Program-made: the position numbers and the translations under genes
The notes under the pieces: model-generated
What the model was told of the DNA's origin: nothing
What the model saw: the letters and a program-made list of their open reading frames with translations, nothing else
Databases searched by the model: none
In this document: positions 54,513-64,000 of the stretch, piece after piece
Numbering within the stretch: the stretch's first letter is position 1
Layout: every line of letters starts with the position of its first letter
Source of the DNA: Myxococcota bacterium
GTDB lineage: Bacteria; Myxococcota_A; UBA9160; UBA6930
DNA length: 64,000 nt
Assembly (NCBI GenBank): GCA_965223415.1
Contig: OZ245002.1
Coordinates: 3,136,001 to 3,200,000 of the forward strand
Direction of reading: 5' to 3'

Positions 54513-55262
54513 TTGGCGGCCGGCGTCCGCTTCGACTTCTCTGGCGCCGCCGTGCTCGTCACCGGCGGGTCGAACGGCATCGGCGCGGGAATCGCCCAGG
54601 CGTTCCTCGCAGCGGGCGCGGAGGTCACCATCACCGGCACCCGCTCGGAGGCGGCGGGCTACGACCGCGACCTGTCCGCCTTCCGCTACCTGCCCCTCCA
54701 GGCGACGGATCGGGAGGGGCTGGAGGCGCTCGCCGGCGAGCTCCCGCACCTCGACGTGCTGGTGAACAACGCCGGCGCGAGCCTGCCCGGCGGGAGGAAC
54801 GAGGCGGTTCCCGACGTCTTCGAGGAGAGCGTGGCGATCAACCTGTTCGCGGCCTACCGGCTCTCGGTCGCCTGCAAGGAGAAGCTCGCGGCGAGTGGGC
54901 TGCCCGGTGGCGGCAGCGTGGTCAACCTGGCCTCGATGTCGTCCTACTTCGCCGTGCCCATGGTGCCCGGCTACGGCGCCGCCAAGGCGGCCATCGTGCA
55001 GATGACGAAGAACCTGGGCGTGGGCTGGGCACCGGAAGGGGTCCGGGTCAACGCCGTGGCACCGGGGCTCATCGAGTCGAACATGACCTCGGTGATGAAG
55101 GGCGTCGAGGTGCTCGAGAAACCCCAGATCGACCGCACCCCCATGGGCCGCTGGGGCACGCCGGAGGACGTCGCGCCCACCGTGCTCTTCCTGTGCAGCG
55201 AGGCGGCCCGCTTCGTGACCGGCCAGACCTGGAACGTCGACGGGGGCTACTCCGCCGCGTGA
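54513..55262 (+). CDS. SDR-family oxidoreductase
   Basis: TGGSNGIG, NNAG and YGAAK; TTG start. Confidence 0.9.
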   Translation: MAAGVRFDFSGAAVLVTGGSNGIGAGIAQAFLAAGAEVTITGTRSEAAGYDRDLSAFRYLPLQATDREGLEALAGELPHLDVLVNNAGASLPGGRNEAVPDVFEESVAINLFAAYRLSVACKEKLAASGLPGGGSVVNLASMSSYFAVPMVPGYGAAKAAIVQMTKNLGVGWAPEGVRVNAVAPGLIESNMTSVMKGVEVLEKPQIDRTPMGRWGTPEDVAPTVLFLCSEAARFVTGQTWNVDGGYSAA

Positions 55263-55269
55263 CCCATCG

Positions 55270-56088
55270 TTAGGAGGCGCGCTGGCGCAGCGGGTAGCCG
55301 GGCGGGCGCTTGCCGTGCTCGTCCACCAGGTCGAACTCCTCCGCCAGGTCCTCGACCCACTGGATGCTGCCCGAGCGGGCGATCAGGTCGTCGGCGCCGA
55401 GCAGCGCGGCGGCGGCGCGGCCGACGAAGAGCGGGGTCTGGGCCTTCGAGAGGTCCATGCCGGTCTGCTGGGCCGAATCCTCGATGAACTCGGTGGAGAC
55501 GGCGCCGGGATAGAGCACCACGGCCGCCACCTCCTTCGGCGCCAGCTCCTGGGCCATGTCCTTCGTCAGGCGGTCGAGGCCGGCCTTGCCCGCTCCGTAG
55601 CAGCTGGAGAAGTGGTAGGTCTGGCCGCCCGGTGAGGAGACGTTGAGGATGGCGGCACCCGGGCCGCTCTCGAACAGCAGCGGCGCGGCGTGCCAGCTGG
55701 CGACGTAGTGCGCACGCAGGCCGATGCCCACCTGGTCGTCCCAGATCTGCAGCGGGTGGTCCCAGAAGCCCCCGCCCCAGGCGGGAGGATCCGGCACCTT
55801 GTAGACGTTGTTCACCAGCACGTCGATGCGGCCCGCTTCCTCGCGGATCCGCTCGAAGAGCGCGGCGATCTGGGCGTCGTCGCCGTGGTCGCATTGGACC
55901 GGCCGCCCCTCGCCCCCGGCCTCCTTCACGAGCCGGGCCGTCTCCTCGATCGTGCGCTCGCCGGCGCCGCTGGTGCGCCCGGTGACGTACACGGTGGCGC
56001 CGCGCTCGCCGAGCGCCCGGGCGATGCCCTTGCCCACGCCCCGGCTCGCCCCGGTGACGACCGTGATCTTCCCCGCCAGGGCGCTCAC
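55270..56088 (-). CDS. SDR-family oxidoreductase (DHRS1-like)
   Basis: TGASRGVG.GIA, VYVTGR and YGAGK. Confidence 0.9.
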   Translation of the reverse strand: MSALAGKITVVTGASRGVGKGIARALGERGATVYVTGRTSGAGERTIEETARLVKEAGGEGRPVQCDHGDDAQIAALFERIREEAGRIDVLVNNVYKVPDPPAWGGGFWDHPLQIWDDQVGIGLRAHYVASWHAAPLLFESGPGAAILNVSSPGGQTYHFSSCYGAGKAGLDRLTKDMAQELAPKEVAAVVLYPGAVSTEFIEDSAQQTGMDLSKAQTPLFVGRAAAALLGADDLIARSGSIQWVEDLAEEFDLVDEHGKRPPGYPLRQRAS

Positions 56089-57944
56089 GATCCCGCCCCT
56101 GCCCGGTAGTGGATCGGCGACGTGTAGGCGCGCTCCTGGATCGAGATCGGATGCTCCGTCTCGGCCGGATCGATGCCCAGGGCGATCGCGTCCCATACGG
56201 AGTGGCGGGGCGTCGGTACCTCGAGCACGCGCACGTAGTAGAAGGCGTTCCGCGTCCCGTCGAAGTCCGGGTCCCCCCACACGGCGGACAGCACGGGTGC
56301 GCCGTGCTCGTTGGTGTAGGTGGCGGTCGACGCGTCGACGGTGTCGGGCACCGGCGGCACCTGGCCCGTGGAGTCCGGGGCGCGCTCGCCCGACCACACG
56401 ACGTCGAAGACCCGCTCGTGGGTGGCGCCCTCGCCATCGATCCAGCCCTTCACCATCTGCACGCGATCCAGGTGCGCGCTCTTCGGGTCCTTGGCCGCGT
56501 GAACGAGGAAGCGGGGGGCGCCGTCGCCGCTGCGCGGCGGCAGGTCGGCGCCCATCGGCACGCCGCCCGCGGCACCCACCCGGGCGATCTCCGCCGCCTC
56601 GGCGTCGGACGCCTCGAAGCCCCATCCGCCGAATACCCGCACGACGATCCGCGGACCGGTGGTGGCGTACACCTCCTTGCGCCGGAAGGCCTCGAGGATG
56701 GCGCTGCGGGAGTTCTCCGGCGCCCACACCGCGGCGAGGCCCGAGGCCGACATCGACCAGCCGTTCGGGCCGCCGGCTCCGCGCCAGACCGGGTTCTTGC
56801 CTTCCGGAATCGAGTCTCGCGCCAGCTTGCCCCAGAAGTTCGGCTCCTCCGCCGAGGCCACGCCGGTGTGGGCGTCGGTCGAGCCGATCAGGCCGAAGCG
56901 ATAGGGGTTGAAGCCGATCCGCTCCTCGATCGCCAGGCCGCGCAGCAGTGCGCTCCGCACGTAGTCGCCGGGCGTGGGATCGTAGGGCGGCGGGTTCTGC
57001 TGGATGTAGTGGGGGTAGGTCTCGAAGTCGGCGAAGGGATCGTCCGGAGAGACGGCGGGATGGGTCTCCGAATCGCCCTTGATCTGGGTCACCTCGACCA
57101 CCGGCTCCCAGCGGGCGCGAATCCGGGCGTACTCGGGGCCCATGGGCTCTCCGCGCAAGCTCGTCTCCGCGAACATGTAGCCCTTGGAGATGTTCGAGTT
57201 GTGGGGGATGGCCACGAATTCGGCGCCGGTCTCCTGGGTCGTCTTCTCGAGCCAGCTCCAGAGATCCTCCGGGTACATGCTGTCCGCGGAGCTCCAGGGC
57301 TGGAACTTCGACGCCACGTCGGCGCCCGCGCTCGTGAACACGACCCGGTGCAGGTTGGCGCCGGCCGGGATCGCGCTCCACTCCCAACCGATCAGGGCGG
57401 TGAAGCGGCCCGGGTCGTTGTGGGCGTCGGCGGTCCTGATCGCCTCCTGCCAGGTCGTCCGTGACATCCGATCCGCGTTCGGGATGGGCGTGCCAACGCT
57501 CTGGGCCGCCGCCGCCTCCTCGACGTCGTTCGTATCCGGCAGCAAGGAGGAGAAGACGGTCATGCCCGAGTCGTCTTCCACGGCCCCACGGAACAACGCC
57601 TCGGCGCGCCACGCGATGAAGCGGTCGACCAGGCCGAGATCCTCCCGCGGCACGCCCTCCTCGACGATCCGCCGGATCACGCCGAGGAACTCCGCGTGAT
57701 CGGCGACCACCAGGAAGTCGAGGGGCGTCTCGATCTGCACCTTCGCCCGGTGGAAGGGATGGATCACCGGCAGGCCCTTCGCGTAGCGGTAGGCCGTCGC
57801 CGGGTCGGCGGTCATGTTCCGGTTCAGGAATGCGTCGAAGGAGTTGTTGGAATGGAGGTGCGTGTCGCCCCAAAGGAGCTGCTTGGGCTCCGCGGCCAGG
57901 GGCGAGGCGAGGGCGAGGACCAGGGCGGCAGTGAGGATGCGCAT
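56085..57944 (-). CDS. DUF3604 protein, paralog 2
   Basis: Signal peptide; WGDTHLH, PLDF..VADHAE, IPHNSN, STDAH and ERAYTSPI.Y. Confidence 0.88.
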   Translation of the reverse strand: MRILTAALVLALASPLAAEPKQLLWGDTHLHSNNSFDAFLNRNMTADPATAYRYAKGLPVIHPFHRAKVQIETPLDFLVVADHAEFLGVIRRIVEEGVPREDLGLVDRFIAWRAEALFRGAVEDDSGMTVFSSLLPDTNDVEEAAAAQSVGTPIPNADRMSRTTWQEAIRTADAHNDPGRFTALIGWEWSAIPAGANLHRVVFTSAGADVASKFQPWSSADSMYPEDLWSWLEKTTQETGAEFVAIPHNSNISKGYMFAETSLRGEPMGPEYARIRARWEPVVEVTQIKGDSETHPAVSPDDPFADFETYPHYIQQNPPPYDPTPGDYVRSALLRGLAIEERIGFNPYRFGLIGSTDAHTGVASAEEPNFWGKLARDSIPEGKNPVWRGAGGPNGWSMSASGLAAVWAPENSRSAILEAFRRKEVYATTGPRIVVRVFGGWGFEASDAEAAEIARVGAAGGVPMGADLPPRSGDGAPRFLVHAAKDPKSAHLDRVQMVKGWIDGEGATHERVFDVVWSGERAPDSTGQVPPVPDTVDASTATYTNEHGAPVLSAVWGDPDFDGTRNAFYYVRVLEVPTPRHSVWDAIALGIDPAETEHPISIQERAYTSPIHYRAGAGS

Positions 57945-57975
57945 GGGCGCATCCTACGCCGTCCCCGACGCCGGT

Positions 57976-58653
57976 TCACCCGCCTGGCGCCGAGAGACCG
58001 CGCACGAAGGTCTCGACGCCGCGCTCCAGCAGCCGGTCGAAGTTGCTGCGGGCCGGGGCCTGCATCAGGGCATCCCAGGCGTCGGCCACGTCTCCGTCCA
58101 GCCGCCCCGCAACGGCGCGGTGGTAGCGCACCACGTCCTCGGCGCTCCGGCCGGCCAGGCTCCGCTCCACCCGGGCCAGGGCCGTGACCTGGTAGAGCAG
58201 GTTCTGGGAGGCCTCGATCCGCTCGGCCGCCGGAAGCCCGGACCCGGCCAGGGCGCCGAGCAGGAGCGCCGTCGCCCGGGCGTTGAAGGCGGTGAGGCCC
58301 GGCTGCTCGCCATCGAGGAGCGCCAGCTCCGGATGATCGCTGAGCGCCGTCCGGATCGCGCGACAGGCCCCGAGGCAGGCCGCTCGCCAATCCTCCGGCG
58401 AGGAGTCCACCGGATCCGGAAGAGGCGCCTGGTCGCCGAGGCGGTCGGCGAGGGCGGCCAGCAGCTCGGAGCGGCTCCCGACGTGGCCGTACAGGGCCCC
58501 GGGGTCGACGCCGAGCCGGCGGGCCACCCCACGCATGGTGACGCGGGCGCCGTCCTCCCGGGCCAGGGCCTCCGCGGCCTCCAGGATGCTGTCCCGGCCG
58601 ATGCGGGGCGGCCGGCCCACGGGACGGGGAGCGCTCTCAGCTCGTGCGGTCAT
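57976..58653 (-). CDS. TetR-family regulator
   Basis: GRPP, TMRGVARRLGV...ALY.HV.S..EL. Confidence 0.9.
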   Translation of the reverse strand: MTARAESAPRPVGRPPRIGRDSILEAAEALAREDGARVTMRGVARRLGVDPGALYGHVGSRSELLAALADRLGDQAPLPDPVDSSPEDWRAACLGACRAIRTALSDHPELALLDGEQPGLTAFNARATALLLGALAGSGLPAAERIEASQNLLYQVTALARVERSLAGRSAEDVVRYHRAVAGRLDGDVADAWDALMQAPARSNFDRLLERGVETFVRGLSAPGG

Positions 58654-58668
58654 CTCAAGGAGAGTTAA

Positions 58669-58681
58669 TCAACGGTGTTGA
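58669..58681. promoter_or_regulatory. Candidate TetR operator between divergent tetR and DUF3604 operon
   Basis: TCAAC-GGT-GTTGA palindrome in an AT-rich patch. Confidence 0.55.
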
Positions 58682-58736
58682 AAAACATCAAGGTCCTGTG
58701 CCACGATCTCCCTCCCTGCTTCTCCGGAGAACGACC

Positions 58737-60710
58737 ATGCGGGCACATCTCATCGCGCTGACGATTCTGGTAGGCCTTCTGGCGGGCGTCGGTCCCTGCC
58801 CCCCCGAGGAGCCGCCCGGCCAAGGCGGGGACCCGGGCCCGCCGCTTCCCTTCGCTCGGACCGAGGAGCGGGAGGCCTGCGCCCACTTCGACCCGCTGAA
58901 GCAGCCCTTCTTCGGAGAGACCCACATCCACACTGCGGTCTCCGCCGACGCCGTGATCAACGGAACGACGAACGGTCCGCGGGAGGCCTACGCCTTCTCC
59001 CAGGGCGCCGAGATCGAGCTGACCACGGCGACGCCGGGGCGCAAGCTCACGATCGATCGACCGCTGGACTTCGCCATGGTGTCCGACCACGCCGAGTACT
59101 TCGGTGAGACCGCGCACTGCGTCGATCCGAACTCGGTCGGCTATCTCCAGCCCCACTGCGTCGCCCTGCGCGCCGACATCGGGGCGACGAGCTTCCAGGT
59201 GCCGGGCATCCTCGTCTTCTACTTCCCCAGCCTCACGCCCTTCGCCCAGCGCTTCGACTGGTGCGGCACCGACGGCTCCATCTGCCTGAACGCTGCCGCC
59301 GGGGTGTGGCAGGACATGCAGGCGGCCGCCGAGGAAGCCTATGACCGCTCCTCTGAGTGCCGCTTCACCACCTTCCACGGCTACGAGTGGACGTCCAATC
59401 TGGCCCGCAACAACCTCCACCGCAACGTCATCTTCCGCAACGACGATGTGCCCGCCCTCCCGGTCACCGCCATCGAGGCGCCCTTCCAGGAGTCGCTCTG
59501 GGCCGGGCTCCAGACCGAGTGCCGCGACGGCCTCTCGCGATGCGAAGCGCTGGCGATCCCGCACAACTCGAACCTGAGTGGCGGCGTGATGTTCGCGCCC
59601 GTGAACGAGGACGATGGGACGCTGCTCTCCGCCGCCGATGCGATCGTGCGGGCGGCCAACGAGCCGGTGGTCGAGATCTACCAGCACAAGGGCGAGTCGG
59701 AGTGCCATCCCGGGCTCTCGGTGAACGACGAGCTGTGCGGCTTCGAGAAGCTGGACGCCACGAACCAGGGCGTCTCGCCCCCCGGCACCGTCCCGCCGCC
59801 GGCCAACATGGTGCGCAACGTGCTGATGGAGGGGCTCGCCCAGGCGGAGCAGCTCGGCGTGAACCCCTTCCAGATGGGCTTCATCGCTGCCACCGATTTC
59901 CACATGGCGAACAGCGGCGCGACCCGGGAAGAGGACTTCGCCTTCAGCGGCGGCGTCGGCAGCTTCGATGCCGATCCCGCCCAGCGCCTCCAGCTGCGCA
60001 GCGCCTTCGGCAACCAGGCCGGCTCCGGCGGGCTCGCGGTGGCCTGGGCGGAGGAGAACTCGCGGGACTCGATCTACGCGGCCTTCGAGCGGCGCGAGGT
60101 CTACGCCACCAGCGGAACCCGGCCCGTGGTGCGCACGTTCGGCGGCTTCCGGATCCGTCCGAACATGTGCGAGCGCGCCGACTTCGCCCTCGAGGGCTAC
60201 GACATCGCGGTGCCGATGGGCGGAAGCTTCGAGCCTCCGCCGGACGTGGCAGGGAAGCACCGCACGCCGAAGATCGCGGTCCTCGCCCACCAGGACCCCG
60301 GCCCCGCCGGCGAGCCGGGCACGCAGCTCCAGCGCATCCAGATCGTGAAGGGGTGGGTGGACGCGAGCGGTCAGACCCAGGAGGCGACCTACGACGTGGC
60401 CGGCGATCCGAACAACGGGGCGAGCGTCGACCTCGAGACCTGCGAGCCCCAGGGAGCGGGCTTCGCCAGCCTGTGCACCGTCTGGGAGGACCCGGACTTC
60501 GATCCCGCGGAGCGCGCCTTCTACTACGCCCGCGTGGTCGAGAACCCGACCTGTCGCTGGAACACCCACCTGTGCAACGCCCAGGGCGTCGACTGCAGCG
60601 ATCCGAACGGCGTTCCCACCGGCTTCGAGGCCTGCTGTGACGGCTCGCTTCCGGCGACGATCCAGGAACGGGCCTGGACCTCGCCGATCTGGTACGAGCC
60701 TGGGCCGTAG
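58737..60710 (+). CDS. DUF3604 protein, Cys-rich paralog 3
   Basis: FGETHIHT, PLDF..VSDHAEY, NLHR, IPHNSN and QERAWTSPIWY; many cysteines. Confidence 0.88.
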   Translation: MRAHLIALTILVGLLAGVGPCPPEEPPGQGGDPGPPLPFARTEEREACAHFDPLKQPFFGETHIHTAVSADAVINGTTNGPREAYAFSQGAEIELTTATPGRKLTIDRPLDFAMVSDHAEYFGETAHCVDPNSVGYLQPHCVALRADIGATSFQVPGILVFYFPSLTPFAQRFDWCGTDGSICLNAAAGVWQDMQAAAEEAYDRSSECRFTTFHGYEWTSNLARNNLHRNVIFRNDDVPALPVTAIEAPFQESLWAGLQTECRDGLSRCEALAIPHNSNLSGGVMFAPVNEDDGTLLSAADAIVRAANEPVVEIYQHKGESECHPGLSVNDELCGFEKLDATNQGVSPPGTVPPPANMVRNVLMEGLAQAEQLGVNPFQMGFIAATDFHMANSGATREEDFAFSGGVGSFDADPAQRLQLRSAFGNQAGSGGLAVAWAEENSRDSIYAAFERREVYATSGTRPVVRTFGGFRIRPNMCERADFALEGYDIAVPMGGSFEPPPDVAGKHRTPKIAVLAHQDPGPAGEPGTQLQRIQIVKGWVDASGQTQEATYDVAGDPNNGASVDLETCEPQGAGFASLCTVWEDPDFDPAERAFYYARVVENPTCRWNTHLCNAQGVDCSDPNGVPTGFEACCDGSLPATIQERAWTSPIWYEPGP

Positions 60711-60719
60711 GGAGCGCCG

Positions 60720-61703
60720 TTGCTCCGGCATCCGGCCCTGCACTTCGCTGTTCTCGGTGCGCTCCTGCACGTCCTGGTGCGTCTGGCGGCGCCAAGCCCC
60801 GAGCCGGCGCGGGAGCCGATCCGCGTCACGGCCGAGCAAGTCGACGGGTTGGCGGAGCGCTTCGTTCTCGCGGCCGGTCGCAGCCCGGACCCGGCCGCGC
60901 TTCGTGCGCTGGTCGACGACGAGGTCGAGCGCCAGATCCTCGTGCGCGAGGCCCGGCGGCTCGGGCTCGATCGCGGCGACCGCTCGATCGAGGTGCGTCT
61001 GGTCCAGAAGATGCGGTTCCTGGTCGGCGACGGGGAAGCGAGCGACGAGGCGCTGCTCGCGCGCGCCAGGGCGCTCGACCTGGGCCGGGAAGACCTGGTG
61101 GTCGAGCGGATGCTCGAGCAGAAGATGCGTCTGCTGCTCATGCACCCCGGCGCTCCCGAGCGGCTCACGGCGGAGGAGCTGCGCGCGTACTACGCGGCCC
61201 GCATCGAGCGCTACCAGCGAGCCCCTCGCATCGACCTCCGTCACGTCGGTTTCTCCCGCGATCGCCGTGGCGAAGCCGGCGCCCGGCGCGATGCCGAGGC
61301 ATTGGCCCGACGGCTTGCCGCGGGAGGGAGCGTCGACCGCTCGACGGGAGACCCGTCGGCCCTCGGCCGCGACCTGCGCGGCGCGGAGCCCGCCAAGCTC
61401 GAGGCGGTGTACGGCACCGGGTTCGTGCGCGGGCTGGAGGCCTGCGGGGTGGGGGCGTGGTGCGGTCCGTTCGCTTCCGGCTTCGGCTGGCATGTCGCGC
61501 GCATCGAGCGTCGCCGCGGGGGTGGACCACTGCCCTTCGAGGAGGTGCGAGAGCAGGTCGCCCGCTCCGTCGCCGCCGATCGCCGGGAGCAGAGGCTGCG
61601 CGCGGCGCTGGAACGCCTGCGCGCGGCCTATTCCGTCGAGCTGCCCGCCGCCCTTCGGCGCGCCGACCGCGCGATGCCGCGCGAGAGCGGGGACGCGGGA
61701 TGA
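60720..61703 (+). CDS. Parvulin-like peptidyl-prolyl isomerase (rotamase)
   Basis: IL.REA..LGLD..D, W.GP..SGFGWH and P.FEEVR. Confidence 0.82.
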   Translation: MLRHPALHFAVLGALLHVLVRLAAPSPEPAREPIRVTAEQVDGLAERFVLAAGRSPDPAALRALVDDEVERQILVREARRLGLDRGDRSIEVRLVQKMRFLVGDGEASDEALLARARALDLGREDLVVERMLEQKMRLLLMHPGAPERLTAEELRAYYAARIERYQRAPRIDLRHVGFSRDRRGEAGARRDAEALARRLAAGGSVDRSTGDPSALGRDLRGAEPAKLEAVYGTGFVRGLEACGVGAWCGPFASGFGWHVARIERRRGGGPLPFEEVREQVARSVAADRREQRLRAALERLRAAYSVELPAALRRADRAMPRESGDAG

Positions 61704-62698
61704 GGCGGGCGGCGCTCGCCGGCTTTGCCGTCGCATGCGGGCTCCTCGCCGGCCCGTCTCCGGCGTCGGCTCATCCCCTTGCGCCTTCCGCGCTGCGTCT
61801 GGAGGAGCGAGCGGACGGCACCACCCTCGTGCGCTTCACCCAGCCCGCGGCTCGGGTGCGCGGCAGTGAGCTCCGTCCGGTCCTCCCCGCCGGATGTCCG
61901 GCTCGGGGCACGCCGCAGGTGGAGACCACGGATACCCAAGTGGTTCGCTCCTGGTCGGTCCACTGCGAGCCCGCGGGATGGCGGGGCCGGCGGATTGCGG
62001 TGGAGGGGCTCCCGGGCTCGCGTACCGACGTCGTCGTCACCCTGGACCTCGCCGACGGGGGCCGGGAGACCGCGGTCCTCCGGGCGTCGGAGCCCGCCTT
62101 CGAGGTGCCGGCCCGCGCGGAGGCCGGCGCAGTGATCGGCACCTACACGCGCCTCGGCGTCGAGCACATCCTGACCGGCGTCGACCACCTGCTCTTCGTG
62201 CTCGGCCTGCTGATCCTGCTGGCCGGACTCGCGGAGCTGGCGAAGACGATCACCGCTTTCACCCTCGGCCACAGCGTGACCCTGGCGGCGGCGGCCCTCG
62301 GCGTCGTGGCGCCGCCCCAGGGCCCGATCGAGGTGCTCATCGCCCTCAGCGTGTTCGCGCTCGCGGTCGAGCTGGCCCGGCGCCAGGCGGGCGAGGGCTC
62401 GGGTCTCTGGCAGCGGCCGTGGCGGATGGCGGCCCTCTTCGGCCTGCTCCACGGCCTCGGCTTCGCCGGCGCCCTGCGCGAGATCGGTCTGCCCCAGGGC
62501 CAGGTGCCCGCGGCGCTGCTCTCCTTCAACGTCGGCGTCGAGCTCGGGCAGCTGGCCTTCGTCGCCGTGGCCTGGCCGTTGTGGCGCGCCGTGCGGCACA
62601 CGTCTCCCGTCTGGCGCTGGGCGCCGATCTACGGGATGGGCAGCCTGGCGGGGTTCTGGCTCTTCGGCCGCACGGCCAGTGCGCTGCTCGGAGGCTAG
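61700..62698 (+). CDS. HupE/UreJ-family membrane protein
   Basis: LGVEHIL.G.DHLLFV, TAFTLGHSVTL, FGLLHGLGFA and FNVGVELGQ. Confidence 0.9.
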   Translation: MRRAALAGFAVACGLLAGPSPASAHPLAPSALRLEERADGTTLVRFTQPAARVRGSELRPVLPAGCPARGTPQVETTDTQVVRSWSVHCEPAGWRGRRIAVEGLPGSRTDVVVTLDLADGGRETAVLRASEPAFEVPARAEAGAVIGTYTRLGVEHILTGVDHLLFVLGLLILLAGLAELAKTITAFTLGHSVTLAAAALGVVAPPQGPIEVLIALSVFALAVELARRQAGEGSGLWQRPWRMAALFGLLHGLGFAGALREIGLPQGQVPAALLSFNVGVELGQLAFVAVAWPLWRAVRHTSPVWRWAPIYGMGSLAGFWLFGRTASALLGG

Positions 62699-62755
62699 CA
62701 GCGGTCGGGCAACCCCTCGTCGCCAGGCGCTCGGGGCGGCCCTGCGGGATCCGGG

Positions 62756-63577
62756 CTAGGCCCGAGGCTGCTGCTGGCGGGCGACCCGCAACATCGGCCG
62801 GTGGATGCGCACGGGCGCGAGCCGCTTCAGCCAATCGAGCAGCATCGCGTCGCGGCCGATGCGCAGCCGCAGCTTGCCCTTCAACACCGCGGTGGCGATG
62901 CGGCGGGCGGCCCGCTCCGGGTCGACGCCCATCCGCTGGGCCATCTCGTAGTTGCGCTGGGCCGCAGTGACGTCGTCGGACTCCGCGAGGGTGGCCTGGA
63001 TCATCTCCGTACGGATCGCGCCCGGGTGGACGCTGGTGACGCCGATGCCGTCGAGGGCCCACTCCGCCCACATCGATTCGGAGAGCGCCTTCACGGCCGC
63101 CTTGGTGGCGCAGTAGGAGGACTGGCCCGGCAGGCCGACGAAGGCGGACATGCTGGAGAGGTTGACCACGTGGGCGTCCTCGGCCTTCTTCAGCTCCTCG
63201 TGGAAGAAGCGGCAGCCGTGGATCACGCCCCAGAGGTTGATGCCGATCATCCGTTCCCAGTCGGCCAGCGAGTGGGTGCCGAAGGCCTTCTGGATGGTGA
63301 TCCCGGCGTTGTTGATCAGCAGGTGGACGGCGCCGTGCGCGTCGATGACCTCGCCCGGCAGGCACGCCATGCGCTCGGCGTCGGTCACGTCGGCGAGGTG
63401 CTGGGAGACCTTCACCCCGTGCGGGGAGACGGCTTCCGCCGTCGCGGCGACGGCGTCCGGGTTCACGTCCACGAGGGCCAGGTGGCATCCCCGGGACGCC
63501 AGCTCCACGGCGAGGGCGCGCCCGAGGCCGCCACCGGCGCCGGTGACGACGGCGACGCGTTCCTTCAGGGTCTTCAA
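62756..63577 (-). CDS. SDR-family oxidoreductase
   Basis: TGAGGGLG, NNAG and YCATK; TTG start overlapping the upstream stop. Confidence 0.9.
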   Translation of the reverse strand: MKTLKERVAVVTGAGGGLGRALAVELASRGCHLALVDVNPDAVAATAEAVSPHGVKVSQHLADVTDAERMACLPGEVIDAHGAVHLLINNAGITIQKAFGTHSLADWERMIGINLWGVIHGCRFFHEELKKAEDAHVVNLSSMSAFVGLPGQSSYCATKAAVKALSESMWAEWALDGIGVTSVHPGAIRTEMIQATLAESDDVTAAQRNYEMAQRMGVDPERAARRIATAVLKGKLRLRIGRDAMLLDWLKRLAPVRIHRPMLRVARQQQPRA

Positions 63578-63999
63578 CTTCGTTCCTCCTCGGCGTCGGG
63601 GGCGAGGGCGGCGGCCAGGCGCACGACGAGGGTCTCCGCCTCGCGGCCGAGCCGTTCGGGATCGTCGTGCTCGGCCACCGCGAGCGCGGCCTCGGCCAGG
63701 GCTCCCATCAGCATGCGCGCGGCGAGATCGCTTCCGTGCCGGCGCAGCCGCTCGCTGACCGCGCGGGTGACCGCACTCGTCGCCCAGCGCTCCCGCCCGA
63801 GGACGGCGGGGCCGTCGACGAGGACGACGCGCCGGAACTCCGCATCGCGGCACAGCTCGAGGAAGGCACGCCAGGCCGAGAGCCCCCGGTCGGCGTCCGG
63901 CTCCTGGAGCGTGACCAGGATGCGCTCCTCCATGATCTCGTTGACCGCGGCAAAGAGCTCCTGCTTGCTGCCGAAGTAGTGGTAGATGGGGCGGATCGT
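63574..63999 (-). CDS. TetR-family regulator, 5'-truncated by window edge
   Basis: IYHYFGSKQELF end of the HTH; DGPAVLG..RW C-terminal domain. Confidence 0.82.
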   Translation of the reverse strand, partial: TIRPIYHYFGSKQELFAAVNEIMEERILVTLQEPDADRGLSAWRAFLELCRDAEFRRVVLVDGPAVLGRERWATSAVTRAVSERLRRHGSDLAARMLMGALAEAALAVAEHDDPERLGREAETLVVRLAAALAPDAEEERS

Positions 64000-64000
64000 C

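Overview
Very GC-rich (about 70% by eye) bacterial DNA. The gene content (DUF3604 proteins, CaiB/BaiF CoA-transferases, SDRs, acyl-CoA dehydrogenases, a CYP142-like P450, a sulfotransferase) suggests a Myxococcota/deltaproteobacterial-type heterotroph; this taxonomy is inference. About 1-5.4 kb and 22.9-64 kb encode ordinary lipid, aromatic and amine catabolism and regulators. The notable part is about 5.4-22.9 kb. It holds three tandem genes for a small secreted two-repeat beta-rich protein, a divergent ECF-type sigma factor with an apparent sigma2-sigma2-sigma4-sigma4 architecture, a putative anti-sigma, two small secreted proteins sharing the repeat's motifs, a CsgG-like/PG-binding/DUF4384 lipoprotein, an OmpA-family protein, two exported caspase-like proteases and a near passenger-less autotransporter. 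A bipartite motif GTGATCCG-N15(16)-CGACYY occurs 11 times between 8.1 and 22.7 kb, each time upstream of and pointing into a gene, which looks like an ECF regulon. Together these suggest an undescribed curli/Fap-like surface-fibre system. No rRNA, tRNA, CRISPR array or intact transposase was seen. All family assignments are by motif recognition, not database search.
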